Below, one piece after another: positions 1 through 8,329 of a stretch of DNA of 64,000 bases. The stretch's first letter is position 1. Each line of letters begins with the position of its first letter. The notes beneath the pieces were generated by a model that ran no database searches, had not been told where the DNA came from, and was given only the letters and a program-made list of their open reading frames with translations. The DNA is from Candidatus Moraniibacteriota bacterium (GTDB lineage: Bacteria; Patescibacteriota; Minisyncoccia; Moranbacterales; UBA2206): contig JBAQNM010000004.1 of assembly GCA_049303795.1 (NCBI GenBank), positions 8,623-72,622 on the forward strand, given 5' to 3'. The translations under genes were made by a program, and so were the position numbers.

Positions 1-375
1 AATTTCCTTGTTCAAAAGAAAACTTTCCATCACCGGCAGATCCCACCAAAGCTGATTTTTTTGTCCCATCAATAGCGCAAACTGTTTTTTATATTCATTT
101 TTCTTTTCCCACGGATCAAATCCCATCACACTTATTTCTCCACTGGTTGACTTGATTATCCCGGAAAGCATTTTTAGCGTCGTAGTTTTTCCTGCGCCAT
201 TTGGTCCAAGAAATCCCACGAACTCCCCTTCTTCAATTTCAAAACTAACATCCTGAACCGCCTCTATTTTTATAATATTAGGTTTGAATAAACTTTTTAT
301 CCCCGCCCAAATTCCCGGATCTTTCTTACTGGAAAAATAGGTCTTATTTAAATTTTTAATTGAGATAATTGACAT
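1..375 (-). CDS. ABC transporter ATP-binding protein (partial; continues beyond the window start)
   Basis: Reverse-strand translation from the ATG at 375 gives MSIISIKNLNKTYFSSKKDPGIWAGIK...GEFVGFLGPNGAGKTTTLKMLSGI with a Walker A motif (GPNGAGKTT). It lies downstream of two permease genes. Confidence 0.85.
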   Translation of the reverse strand, partial: MSIISIKNLNKTYFSSKKDPGIWAGIKSLFKPNIIKIEAVQDVSFEIEEGEFVGFLGPNGAGKTTTLKMLSGIIKSTSGEISVMGFDPWEKKNEYKKQFALLMGQKNQLWWDLPVMESFLLNKEI

Positions 376-396
376 TTTATTTAAAAAAATTATTAA

Positions 397-1209
397 TTAA
401 CTGCTGGCACTAGAATATTTACTTAGTCCAAACTTCCAAACTTTTCTGGCAAGCCAAAAAAATATTATTGCTACTAAAAAAGATTCACTGACTAGTTGCC
501 ATTGGAAACCACGCGCCAAAATTTTTGCCGGGACAGTGGCAATAAATGCCAAGGGAAAAATAAAAGAAAAAATAAAATGCATGATTTTTCCATTGAAAAT
601 ATCTGTGGGATATTGAGATACTCGCACAACCGTATCTGCTACATGAAATCCGCCTGATTCAATCGTCCAAAATTTTATAGAAGTTAACATAACTGAAATG
701 CTGTAAATTATAATAAAAGCATTAAAAACTAAAATTAAATACCAAAAAATATTCAAAATAAATCCCCAGCCAAAATTTCCCAAATGACTGAGCGCAAAAA
801 TAATCACGCCAAGTCCTGTTACAATTCTCACCGCATCTTCCAAATCTCCACGATAAACTGAAACTAGAAACTGGCAATCCATTGGTTTTATAATCAAAGA
901 ATCCAGTGTTCCCATTTTAATGTGCTGACCAAGAATATGGATGAAAGCACAGCTGACCCACATCATACCATCCAAAAGCAAAACTGTTCCCACCACCAGA
1001 AGAGCTTCGTAATAATTCCAACCATGAATACTCTGAACCCAGCCAAAAATTATTTTAATAAAAAATAAATTGAAAAATAGTTGCAAGAAAACAGCAAAAG
1101 TCATCAGGGAAAAACCAAAGCGATATGCCACCCGCTCAACGAAGTTTATCTTTTTAAAAAGAATAAAAATCTTAAAATATTTTTTAATCTTAAGCGCCTT
1201 GTCCTTCAT
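397..1209 (-). CDS. ABC-2 type transporter permease
   Basis: 270-aa polytopic hydrophobic protein immediately upstream of the ABC ATPase. It overlaps the upstream permease gene, consistent with an operon. Confidence 0.6.
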   Translation of the reverse strand: MKDKALKIKKYFKIFILFKKINFVERVAYRFGFSLMTFAVFLQLFFNLFFIKIIFGWVQSIHGWNYYEALLVVGTVLLLDGMMWVSCAFIHILGQHIKMGTLDSLIIKPMDCQFLVSVYRGDLEDAVRIVTGLGVIIFALSHLGNFGWGFILNIFWYLILVFNAFIIIYSISVMLTSIKFWTIESGGFHVADTVVRVSQYPTDIFNGKIMHFIFSFIFPLAFIATVPAKILARGFQWQLVSESFLVAIIFFWLARKVWKFGLSKYSSASS

Positions 1210-1981
1210 ATTTTTCCAAACCTTTTTTAAAAATAAAATTAGCCAAAAATCCTAGTATCAAAATCCAAATTAAGACCGGAATAAAAATCCGTAAATTCAA
1301 CTCCATCTTTCCACTCCAAATGGCAATGGGAAACCAAGTGATAAATCTAAATGGCAGAAAATTATTAATACTAGAAATTATTTTTGGCAAAAGATCCAGT
1401 GGCATAATATTCCCCGCCAGAAAAAACATAATCATCCGCACAAGAAAATTAAATCCCCTGACGTCACCCAGCCAAAAAGTGGCCAAACCGACTATATAGA
1501 AAAATAAAACAAAAATTATAAAGGCTAAAAAAATTGAAAGAATAAAAAAACCAAGCTTAACAAAATCCAAACTGCCATCAAAAAAATTAGTGCTGAATAA
1601 AATTATAGGCACCATAACAATAAAAGAAATAAGCAGATTCAAAAAAGACTTTCCCGCTACAATCCAAAACGTTGACCAAAAATAATTTATTGGCTTCAGA
1701 ATGAAGTTGGTAATATTTCCAAGTCTAATCTCATCACCAATTCTCCAAGCTACATCCACGCCTTGAATTACAAAAGAAATAATAGCCGAAAGAATATAAT
1801 AACTAATAAGCCCATTTAGTGAATATCCCCCAACCTGATTCCCTTCGGCGTAGATAGCTTTCCAAAGAAAAATAAAAACAAACAGCGAAATTGCCTGTGA
1901 AACAATAAGCATGAAAATATGCGAGCGATACATCAACGCTTCAGAAATAGAATTTTTGAAAAATAATAGGTATTTATACAT
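1190..1981 (-). CDS. ABC-2 type transporter permease
   Basis: 263-aa protein with multiple predicted TM helices. First gene of a permease-permease-ATPase operon. Confidence 0.6.
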   Translation of the reverse strand: MYKYLLFFKNSISEALMYRSHIFMLIVSQAISLFVFIFLWKAIYAEGNQVGGYSLNGLISYYILSAIISFVIQGVDVAWRIGDEIRLGNITNFILKPINYFWSTFWIVAGKSFLNLLISFIVMVPIILFSTNFFDGSLDFVKLGFFILSIFLAFIIFVLFFYIVGLATFWLGDVRGFNFLVRMIMFFLAGNIMPLDLLPKIISSINNFLPFRFITWFPIAIWSGKMELNLRIFIPVLIWILILGFLANFIFKKGLEKYEGQGA

Positions 1982-2069
1982 ATAGAAATTTTAGCTTTTC
2001 AGGTTAACATTCAATTTTTCCAATTTTAACATTTTTAGAGCTAGATGGCGAATTCATTCATAAAAAAGC

Positions 2070-2098
2070 TTGACATTATCTGAGTTATGTTGTAGTAT
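2070..2098 (+). promoter_or_regulatory. sigma70-like promoter (TTGACA-17 nt-TAGTAT)
   Basis: TTGACA at 2070-2075, a 17-nt spacer, then TAGTAT at 2093-2098. It lies upstream of the epimerase gene in the divergent intergenic region. Confidence 0.5.
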
Positions 2099-2216
2099 CT
2101 CCTGTTAATTAAAAAAGTTATAACTAAAATGAATTAGGCGGAATTATTATAAGCTATGCCTTATTTTAAGCATTTTATAGCAATAATCAATATTAAATAA
2201 ATCATATAATACCATT

Positions 2217-3230
2217 ATGAATTCTAGCATAAAAAACATTTTAGTAACTGGCAGTTCCGGCATGATTGGAACAGCGCTCGTGCAAGCACTTCAAAAAAAG
2301 GGCTATGGTGTCTATGGTTTTGATATAAAAGAACCAGCTATTTATAGTGATTTCAAATATAAAGTTGTTGACCTTACTAAACCTGTAGAGGAATCTTTTG
2401 GTGTAAATATAGATTTGGTCATTCATCTTGCTGCCCACGCCAGAGTATATGAACTTGTTATTGATCCAGCAAAAGCACTTGAAAATGCGACTATGGTTCA
2501 TAATATCTTTGAATGGTGCCGAAAAAATGAAGTTAAAAGATTTTTATTTGCTTCATCAAGAGAAACATATGGAGATCAAACAGAATTGCCCGTCAAGGAA
2601 AGTGTTGCCAATCAACGTTTTTCAAAAAGCAACTACACGGCTGGAAAGATTTTTGGCGAAGCTTATTGCTATTCATATAGCCATTGTTACAATATGCAAT
2701 GCAAAATAATGCGTCTTTCTAATGTTTATGGAAAATATGATTTCTCTGATAGATTTATTCCAAAAATAATTAACCAATTTATCAACGATCAAGATGTCAC
2801 TATATATGGAGAAAACAAAACCCTAGATTTCACCTATCTTGATGATTGTGTTAATGGAATTTGCCTACTTATAAATAAATATGATGTATCTGCTTTTTTA
2901 GAATACAATATTGCTTCAGGCACACAATCCAGCTTAATTGATGTCGCTCAAAAAATAAAAGACCTACTCGATTCAAAAGCAGAAATTAAAGTTGGTGAAA
3001 ATCTCACTGGTGAGGTTTTTAATTATCAAGCGGATATTTCTCGCATGAAAAACATAGGCTATGCACCAAAAATATCAGTTGAAGATGGAATAGAAAAATC
3101 GCTTGGCTATTATAGTGAATATTTCGCACCAAAAAAGAGCCTTGCCTCTCTTGCTATTGAACAATTAAAAATAGAATCGGAAAAATTAGGAACAGAATTT
3201 TCAGAATCGCTTTGTCCGGCTTTGGATTAA
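2217..3230 (+). CDS. NAD-dependent epimerase/dehydratase (SDR family, UDP-sugar epimerase-like)
   Basis: N-terminal Rossmann motif GSSGMIGTALV. Catalytic YxxxK (YTAGK). 337 aa. Confidence 0.85.
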   Translation: MNSSIKNILVTGSSGMIGTALVQALQKKGYGVYGFDIKEPAIYSDFKYKVVDLTKPVEESFGVNIDLVIHLAAHARVYELVIDPAKALENATMVHNIFEWCRKNEVKRFLFASSRETYGDQTELPVKESVANQRFSKSNYTAGKIFGEAYCYSYSHCYNMQCKIMRLSNVYGKYDFSDRFIPKIINQFINDQDVTIYGENKTLDFTYLDDCVNGICLLINKYDVSAFLEYNIASGTQSSLIDVAQKIKDLLDSKAEIKVGENLTGEVFNYQADISRMKNIGYAPKISVEDGIEKSLGYYSEYFAPKKSLASLAIEQLKIESEKLGTEFSESLCPALD

Positions 3231-3260
3231 TTTTTGAAAATGATAGTATTTTAGAAACAA

Positions 3261-3292
3261 AAAAACAGCGGTCAGATGACTGTTGTTTTTTT
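3261..3292 (+). terminator. rho-independent terminator
   Basis: Stem cagcggtca / tgactgttg (with G-U wobbles), loop gat, followed by a T7 run. Sits just after the epimerase stop. Confidence 0.6.
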
Positions 3293-3340
3293 GTTTAATT
3301 ATTAATCCCTTTCTTAATGTGGAAAAATGTGAAAAAAAAC

Positions 3341-3370
3341 TTGACAAAATACAGATAATCGTATTATTAT
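3341..3370 (+). promoter_or_regulatory. candidate promoter (TTGACA ... TATTAT)
   Basis: TTGACA at 3341-3346 and an AT-rich -10 (TATTAT/ATTATT) 15-18 nt downstream. Spacer length is ambiguous. Confidence 0.3.
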
Positions 3371-3521
3371 TTAATGTTATTTTATCGGCCATTTTATGGA
3401 TCGATTTATAACGGTTCATTTACAAATTATAGAATAAAAAGACTCAGAAAGGAGGGTTCTAGCTCAAAATTTTAGAGTGTCTGAAAACACAATTTTAACT
3501 TAATGAATCAGGAGGAAAAAG

Positions 3522-4253
3522 ATGGACAAAGACGATCCACGCTTTAAAAAATGGGAGACTATTTTCAAATGGGGCCTTGGATTTGGCGGTGCAATTGCCA
3601 TTTCCCAGGTAGCACTGTTGGCCATTCAAGGAATTCTTGGTCTGGTTGTAGCTATTGGTCTTGGAGAGACCATTATACAACTTGCGCCTGTTTTTTCCTT
3701 AAAATTGGCCAATTGGAAAATCAAACTTCTGACCGCTGAGGTTGAAGCCAATCCGATTGAGACATTAATCGGGTTGAAAATTGAAAAGGACCGTGAGTAT
3801 GGGCAAGCCGGTCAAGATATTGTCGCCTTTGAAACGGAAGTAAGAAACTTCCATGATGAGGTTGCAACGTTTGAGGGGCAGTTTCCCGAAGAAGCAGCTG
3901 CTTATAGAGACATCTACAAAAAAATGAGTAGTGGACTCGATGACATGAAAAAGCGCCAAGCTGAAGCTGCAACGAAACTTGATGCATTAAGCAAGACTAT
4001 CGAAAAAGCAAAGGCCATATACAAAATGTCCTTAGCGGCTGAACGAGTGACGCAACTTTCCAAGCCGGCAGAAGCAATCGTGTTTGCCGACATCAAGGAA
4101 AGGATTGCTTTTGACACAGTAAGGACGCAGTTAAATCATTCATTCGCGTCGCTAAACAATGCCGTTAACCTTCGACGAGAGATTCGCCCAAAAGCTTTTC
4201 CTCTCGGAGGAGAAAAAACCGCAGGACTTATCGAATCAAAGGAGGCCGTATGA
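3522..4253 (+). CDS. Hypothetical membrane-anchored coiled-coil protein
   Basis: AGGAGG Shine-Dalgarno 7 nt upstream. N-terminal hydrophobic segments (GLGFGGAIAISQVALLAIQGILGLVVAIGLG) followed by a charged, alanine-rich helical region. Noticeably higher GC than neighbouring genes. Confidence 0.6.
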   Translation: MDKDDPRFKKWETIFKWGLGFGGAIAISQVALLAIQGILGLVVAIGLGETIIQLAPVFSLKLANWKIKLLTAEVEANPIETLIGLKIEKDREYGQAGQDIVAFETEVRNFHDEVATFEGQFPEEAAAYRDIYKKMSSGLDDMKKRQAEAATKLDALSKTIEKAKAIYKMSLAAERVTQLSKPAEAIVFADIKERIAFDTVRTQLNHSFASLNNAVNLRREIRPKAFPLGGEKTAGLIESKEAV

Positions 4254-4399
4254 AATTCAGAATTATAGCATCAATTTTACTCATTGCTGCAACCTTAACC
4301 GGCTACTGGCTTTTTTACAGCAGTGATCAGACAACTGACAAGCCGGAAACGCAACAAATCGAAGAAACCACCCACAAATCACCTTTCATAACGAACTAA
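4250..4399 (+). CDS. Small membrane protein (49 aa), translationally coupled
   Basis: The ATG overlaps the upstream TGA stop (ATGA). MKFRIIASILLIAATLTGYWLFYSSDQTTDKPETQQIEETTHKSPFITN has one TM helix. Absent from the ORF track because it is under 60 aa. Confidence 0.4.
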   Translation: MKFRIIASILLIAATLTGYWLFYSSDQTTDKPETQQIEETTHKSPFITN

Positions 4400-4414
4400 A
4401 AAAAGGAGCAACTC

Positions 4415-5497
4415 ATGAAAAAAATGAATCGTTTGTTTTGGGCTATCGCATGTGTTTTTGGAATATTTTTTTCAAGCCCGGTATTTTCTGAGGAAGGCAA
4501 GGCTCCGGCCTCCTGCCCCAAAGAAAAAATCGCTGTGGCAACAGGAATTTCAACCGGAACATATTCAAAAATGTTTCAATCAGTCGCCAATCTGCCGGAA
4601 CTGAGCGACATCGTTTGTGAATACACGCAAACAAGTGGCGGCTATGACAACGTCCTGCTCTTGATGGATCGAAAGGTTGATGCAGGCATCGTTCAGGCCG
4701 ATGTGTTCGACTTCCTGAACAAAACCAATCCGGATATCAGGAAGAACTTAAGAAGCCTTTTTGCCATGCATGGAAGCTCCATGCACATCTTTGTTCTGAA
4801 AAATGGAACGGAGTGTAAAACGGTGACTCCTGGAAAAATTCGAATGCTGGATAAAACCGTAACATCGATTGTAAAAATCGAAAACCTTCGAGATCTCAAG
4901 GGTCTCAAAGTCGCCGCGCTCAGCAGTGCAGTTGTTACGGGAACTGAGGTGAGCGATCTGTTAAAGCTCAATCTCGACATTGTCGAGACAACAAAAGATG
5001 GTGGCTTTGAAAAGCTGAAAAATGGCGAGGTATATGCATTCCTGGCCATGGGCGGCAAGCCGATCGATTGGATTGATAAGGTTGATGCGAACATTTTCAC
5101 ATTAGCCAATGTCGATTCGACAGACATTCAAGCCCTGGGGTCTCCCTTCTACAATACCAAATTGCAGTATAAAAAATTCGGCGCTATCGGCACCAACGCC
5201 ATAACGGCGAGAAACGACTTTGTCGTCTGGGATTATAAAGGGAAAAAATCCGCCCTGCTTTCAAAAATTTATGATACTGTTTTTGAAAATCTGGCGGACG
5301 TCAAAGAGGACATGAGTTCTCATCCATGCTGGCAGGAAATAACCGAGGAAAATATTACCGACGTTTTCTGGCAGAAATATGAGCCGCCGGCCACCAATAA
5401 GTCAAAGCGGGAAAAGGTTGAATCAGAATCGACTTCTGAGCAACCATCCTCAGAAATGGTTATCACTCCTGCTGTAAAAAAACACCGCGGAAAATAA
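4415..5497 (+). CDS. Secreted periplasmic solute-binding protein, TAXI/PhnD-like fold (orphan; no permease nearby)
   Basis: AAGGAG Shine-Dalgarno 7 nt upstream. Signal peptide MKKMNRLFWAIACVFGIFFSSPVFSEEG. The motif KIAVATGISTGTYSKMF...TSGGYDNVLLLMDRKVDAGIVQADV resembles TAXI-family TRAP solute receptors. Confidence 0.5.
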   Translation: MKKMNRLFWAIACVFGIFFSSPVFSEEGKAPASCPKEKIAVATGISTGTYSKMFQSVANLPELSDIVCEYTQTSGGYDNVLLLMDRKVDAGIVQADVFDFLNKTNPDIRKNLRSLFAMHGSSMHIFVLKNGTECKTVTPGKIRMLDKTVTSIVKIENLRDLKGLKVAALSSAVVTGTEVSDLLKLNLDIVETTKDGGFEKLKNGEVYAFLAMGGKPIDWIDKVDANIFTLANVDSTDIQALGSPFYNTKLQYKKFGAIGTNAITARNDFVVWDYKGKKSALLSKIYDTVFENLADVKEDMSSHPCWQEITEENITDVFWQKYEPPATNKSKREKVESESTSEQPSSEMVITPAVKKHRGK

Positions 5498-5526
5498 TCT
5501 CATTTTCCGAAAAAAGTTAAACCAGT

Positions 5527-5563
5527 CCATCACTATGCGAAGCGTAGTGGTGGGCTTTTTTTA
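5527..5563 (+). terminator. rho-independent terminator
   Basis: Stem ccatcacta / tagtggtgg, loop tgcgaagcg, then gcttttttt. Follows the stop of the solute-binding protein gene. Confidence 0.55.
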
Positions 5564-5603
5564 TAAAAAAGCCATTTCAGAGAAATGACTTAACTATGGG
5601 ACA

Positions 5604-5636
5604 ATCGGTCTGCTCGATAAAAAATGTAGTGTGCGG
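5604..5636 (+). repeat. 33-bp perfect direct repeat, copy 1 (atcggtctgctcgataaaaaatgtagtgtgcgg)
   Basis: Identical 33-mer recurs at 8075-8107. Confidence 0.9.
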
Positions 5637-5873
5637 CGGATTCTGAAAGAAGCTCGAACTTTCTTTGAAAAGCAGGCTTGAATTTCTCCGCTCCGCTTCC
5701 GCCCGCAAACTTTGAAGAAGTTTGCGTTCCAAAACAGAAAAATTTTCTCTACTTTTCGGATTTTGTATGCGCGCCGATTTTTTCAAAAAAATGAAAAGGA
5801 AATTTTTCTGGTTTTGGAGTTCGCATAGCGAACGGCGGAAAACGGAACCTCAATAAATAAGTACTGATTATAT

Positions 5874-6629
5874 TTATTTTACTGGCTTCCCTATATCCCA
5901 TAACGCCTTATAAAAAATTCGCATGGTATCGGCATATGATTTGCTTTCAATAACAAAGCTGTAATTTTCTTCTAATGGAGCAAATGAAGCAACGACATCA
6001 TCATAAATTAAAAGTGAATTATTTAGTTTCATGCCTAGTGGCAATTCTCGTGCTTCGCGATTTGTAGGTTTCAGTGTTTCCGTCGCAAAATAGCGATGCG
6101 TGCTTTTTTGTCCATGATTTCTCAGAACTTTACTTTTGATGCCTCTCCTTCCTGCTTTTTCAATATACTGCTCAATAAACTGTTTGCCTAAAATATCCGT
6201 GGCAGCTTTATGAGCAATTGTCCAAAAGACTTCTTTTCCCCTAGCTTCCAATGCATTTAGCCAGATTCTTTTCATGCCCTCCTTACCGCGATAATATTTG
6301 AAATTAGTGGAAAACTTTTCTGCTTCAAATATTTTTTTAAGCTGTGGTAATGATTCATTTAATGCATCCTGGTTTCTTTTTTGTATTTCCCCTAAAACAT
6401 CCGGGCTCTCAGCGATATAAATTATTTTTTTACCTTTTTGCGTCTGACTTACTAACCCCAACTGAATTAACTTCTCTAAAAAATTATACACTGTCGTTCT
6501 TTTCACCTTGGCTTTGCTGGAAATTTCTTGCACCGACCCACTGCCTAATTCCAAACAAGCTAAATAAATTTTAGCTTCCTTGTCAGAAAAACCCAAATTT
6601 TTTACAAAAACGACAGCACTCTGATCCAT
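5874..6629 (-). CDS. TrmB-family HTH transcriptional regulator
   Basis: N-terminal winged-helix LGFSDKEAKIYLACLELGSGSVQEISSKAKVKRTTVYNFLEKLIQLGLV. A paralog lies at 42636-43439. Confidence 0.7.
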   Translation of the reverse strand: MDQSAVVFVKNLGFSDKEAKIYLACLELGSGSVQEISSKAKVKRTTVYNFLEKLIQLGLVSQTQKGKKIIYIAESPDVLGEIQKRNQDALNESLPQLKKIFEAEKFSTNFKYYRGKEGMKRIWLNALEARGKEVFWTIAHKAATDILGKQFIEQYIEKAGRRGIKSKVLRNHGQKSTHRYFATETLKPTNREARELPLGMKLNNSLLIYDDVVASFAPLEENYSFVIESKSYADTMRIFYKALWDIGKPVK

Positions 6630-6762
6630 AAAATAATCTATTTAATTTTGTCTATATTATAGACAAATAGTATTGAATTTGTCAAGTTTCCTGCTATACT
6701 AAACAACCATTGCAACATCGTTGTTAGTGGCAAGTTCGTTAAAATCTAAATGGAGGTTATTT

Positions 6763-7695
6763 ATGAATGATAAAAATAAAAGATTTATTTACACTCGAGG
6801 ATTTCTTCTCCCAGATGATCAGAGCACAATTATGAGCGAATCATCACTTTCTCCAGATTTTATTGCTAAATATCGTGAGGGAAAATTTAATCAATCTACT
6901 AATGATATTCCCTTTAATGTCGGCGATATTTTTAACGAAACAAAAAAGATTCTCAAAGAAATTCATGGCAAACCGCTTACCGTAGATCCGATTCCTGCAG
7001 TTTTCACTGGCGATAATTTTATTATGGCAAGAAAGCTGTTTGATCTTCGTCCTGCGTTTTCACCTGGTGCTGAAATACTAAAAGAGATTTGCGAAAATAA
7101 ATGGGCAGAAAATGGCAAAAATCGGTGGCGAACATACTGCGAACACTTGGAAGAAGATGAAAAAGAAGAAATGATTCATGATAATTTTGTCAGAAAAGTC
7201 ATTTTTTCAAATTGGCCACGCGGGTGGTATCTTTATGATGCCACTGATTTAAGAAAAGAGCGTGCTATTCTTTCTGACAAAGAACATCCTACTCACGACA
7301 AACTCGCACCTCTCATCGCAGAATTAAGAAGAACAAAAGAGGTTGGCGGATACGACAACACTCCGCCAAGCACGCGCAAATCTCTTTTTATAAACGCTGA
7401 ATGGCCAAAAGTCTTAGCCGGACAAGAGGCAATTTTGCCGTTCCTAAAAACTGGAGTGGGATCCATCCTTTCCTATTCCGCATTCTATATGATAGGGCAT
7501 ATGTACGACAAAAATTTGTTACATACATATGCAACTACTTACTTTGCTGAAATTACACGAGGACTTTTTGGTATCTGGCGACGCTCATCAATCGCTCCGT
7601 GTAAGTATCATCGCATGGAGATTAGGCAATCGGCGACAGATTCTCTTCGTCCAGTAGGAATATGTCGCACATTTTGGGGTTGGAGGACGTTGTAA
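6763..7695 (+). CDS. Hypothetical protein (310 aa, no recognisable domain)
   Basis: Start chosen at ATG 6763 with a GGAGG Shine-Dalgarno 6 nt upstream; the track's TTG at 6721 is in frame. No motifs recognised. Confidence 0.6.
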   Translation: MNDKNKRFIYTRGFLLPDDQSTIMSESSLSPDFIAKYREGKFNQSTNDIPFNVGDIFNETKKILKEIHGKPLTVDPIPAVFTGDNFIMARKLFDLRPAFSPGAEILKEICENKWAENGKNRWRTYCEHLEEDEKEEMIHDNFVRKVIFSNWPRGWYLYDATDLRKERAILSDKEHPTHDKLAPLIAELRRTKEVGGYDNTPPSTRKSLFINAEWPKVLAGQEAILPFLKTGVGSILSYSAFYMIGHMYDKNLLHTYATTYFAEITRGLFGIWRRSSIAPCKYHRMEIRQSATDSLRPVGICRTFWGWRTL

Positions 7696-7700
7696 ACAAA

Positions 7701-7736
7701 GAGGCTCAGTAGAAAATCACTGAGCCTTTATTATTT
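7701..7736. terminator. hairpin terminator (bidirectional) between convergent genes
   Basis: Stem aggctcagt / actgagcct, loop agaaaatc, with T/A-rich flanks. Confidence 0.6.
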
Positions 7737-7760
7737 AACTTTTTTATTAATAAACATTAT

Positions 7761-7958
7761 TCACTTTGATAGCTCATAAGCCGAAATTCCTAAGGCTTTT
7801 GCAATTTTTTCAATATTTAAAAGCGTGGGATTTCTTTTGTCATTTTCAATCCCGCTAATGTAAGCTCTATGCACATCTAATTTTCGGGAAATATCTCCTT
7901 GCGATATTCCTTTTTGAGTTCTGATTCTCTTTAAATTGTTGCTCGGTTTAGCAGAAAT
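7761..7958 (-). CDS. XRE-family (Cro/C1-type) HTH regulator; start codon unresolved
   Basis: Reverse translation gives ...NNLKRIRTQKGISQGDISRKLDVHRAYISGIENDKRNPTLLNIEKIAKALGISAYELSK*. No in-frame ATG/GTG/TTG precedes the HTH. The ATG at 7998 is in another frame, separated by a T5 run at 7961-7965. Confidence 0.55.
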   Translation of the reverse strand: MSAKPSNNLKRIRTQKGISQGDISRKLDVHRAYISGIENDKRNPTLLNIEKIAKALGISAYELSK

Positions 7959-8074
7959 TGTTTTTGCTTCTATTGGCGGTTTTAGTGTTTTTGATCATTT
8001 AGTTCGGGTGTCCTATTCTCCTTCGGATTTTTAGACTTTGCGATTTTTTGCAAAATGGCCTAAAATTGAGGCTC

Positions 8075-8107
8075 ATCGGTCTGCTCGATAAAAAATGTAG
8101 TGTGCGG
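8075..8107 (+). repeat. 33-bp perfect direct repeat, copy 2, overlapping the last 3 nt of tRNA-Asp
   Basis: Identical to 5604-5636. It abuts and overlaps the 3' end of tRNA-Asp at 8105-8107. Confidence 0.9.
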
Positions 8108-8178
8108 GGACGGCCGGACTCGAACCGGTGACCTACTGCGTGACAGGCAGTCGCTCTAACCAACTGAGCTACGCCCCC
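8105..8178 (-). tRNA. tRNA-Asp (GTC)
   Basis: Cloverleaf GGGGGCG..GCCTGTCACGC..GGTTCGAGTCC..CGTCCCCG. Anticodon loop CTGTCAC. No encoded CCA. Confidence 0.85.
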
Positions 8179-8207
8179 GTGTGAATATTTTATTTTAAAT
8201 CAATTCG

Positions 8208-8282
8208 TAGCAGGGGTGGGGATCGAACCCACGAACCTCAACGTTATGAGTGTTGCGCTCTAACCAACTGAGCTACCCTGCC
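8208..8282 (-). tRNA. tRNA-Met (CAT), elongator-type (or tRNA-Ile2)
   Basis: GGCAGGGTAGCTCAGTTGGTTAGAGC..CTCATAA..GGGTTCGATCCCCAC..CCCTGCTA. Closely resembles an elongator tRNA-Met. G1-U72 pair. Confidence 0.7.
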
Positions 8283-8329
8283 AACATAACAAACGACTCA
8301 CTGCGTTTTATGCTTATTATAAGTTTTTG

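Noticed and set aside
3551-4117. Several 60-90-aa ORFs on both strands inside 3522-4253
   Set aside because: Alternative frames of the GC-richer coiled-coil gene. The main frame has the Shine-Dalgarno site and continuous helical periodicity.
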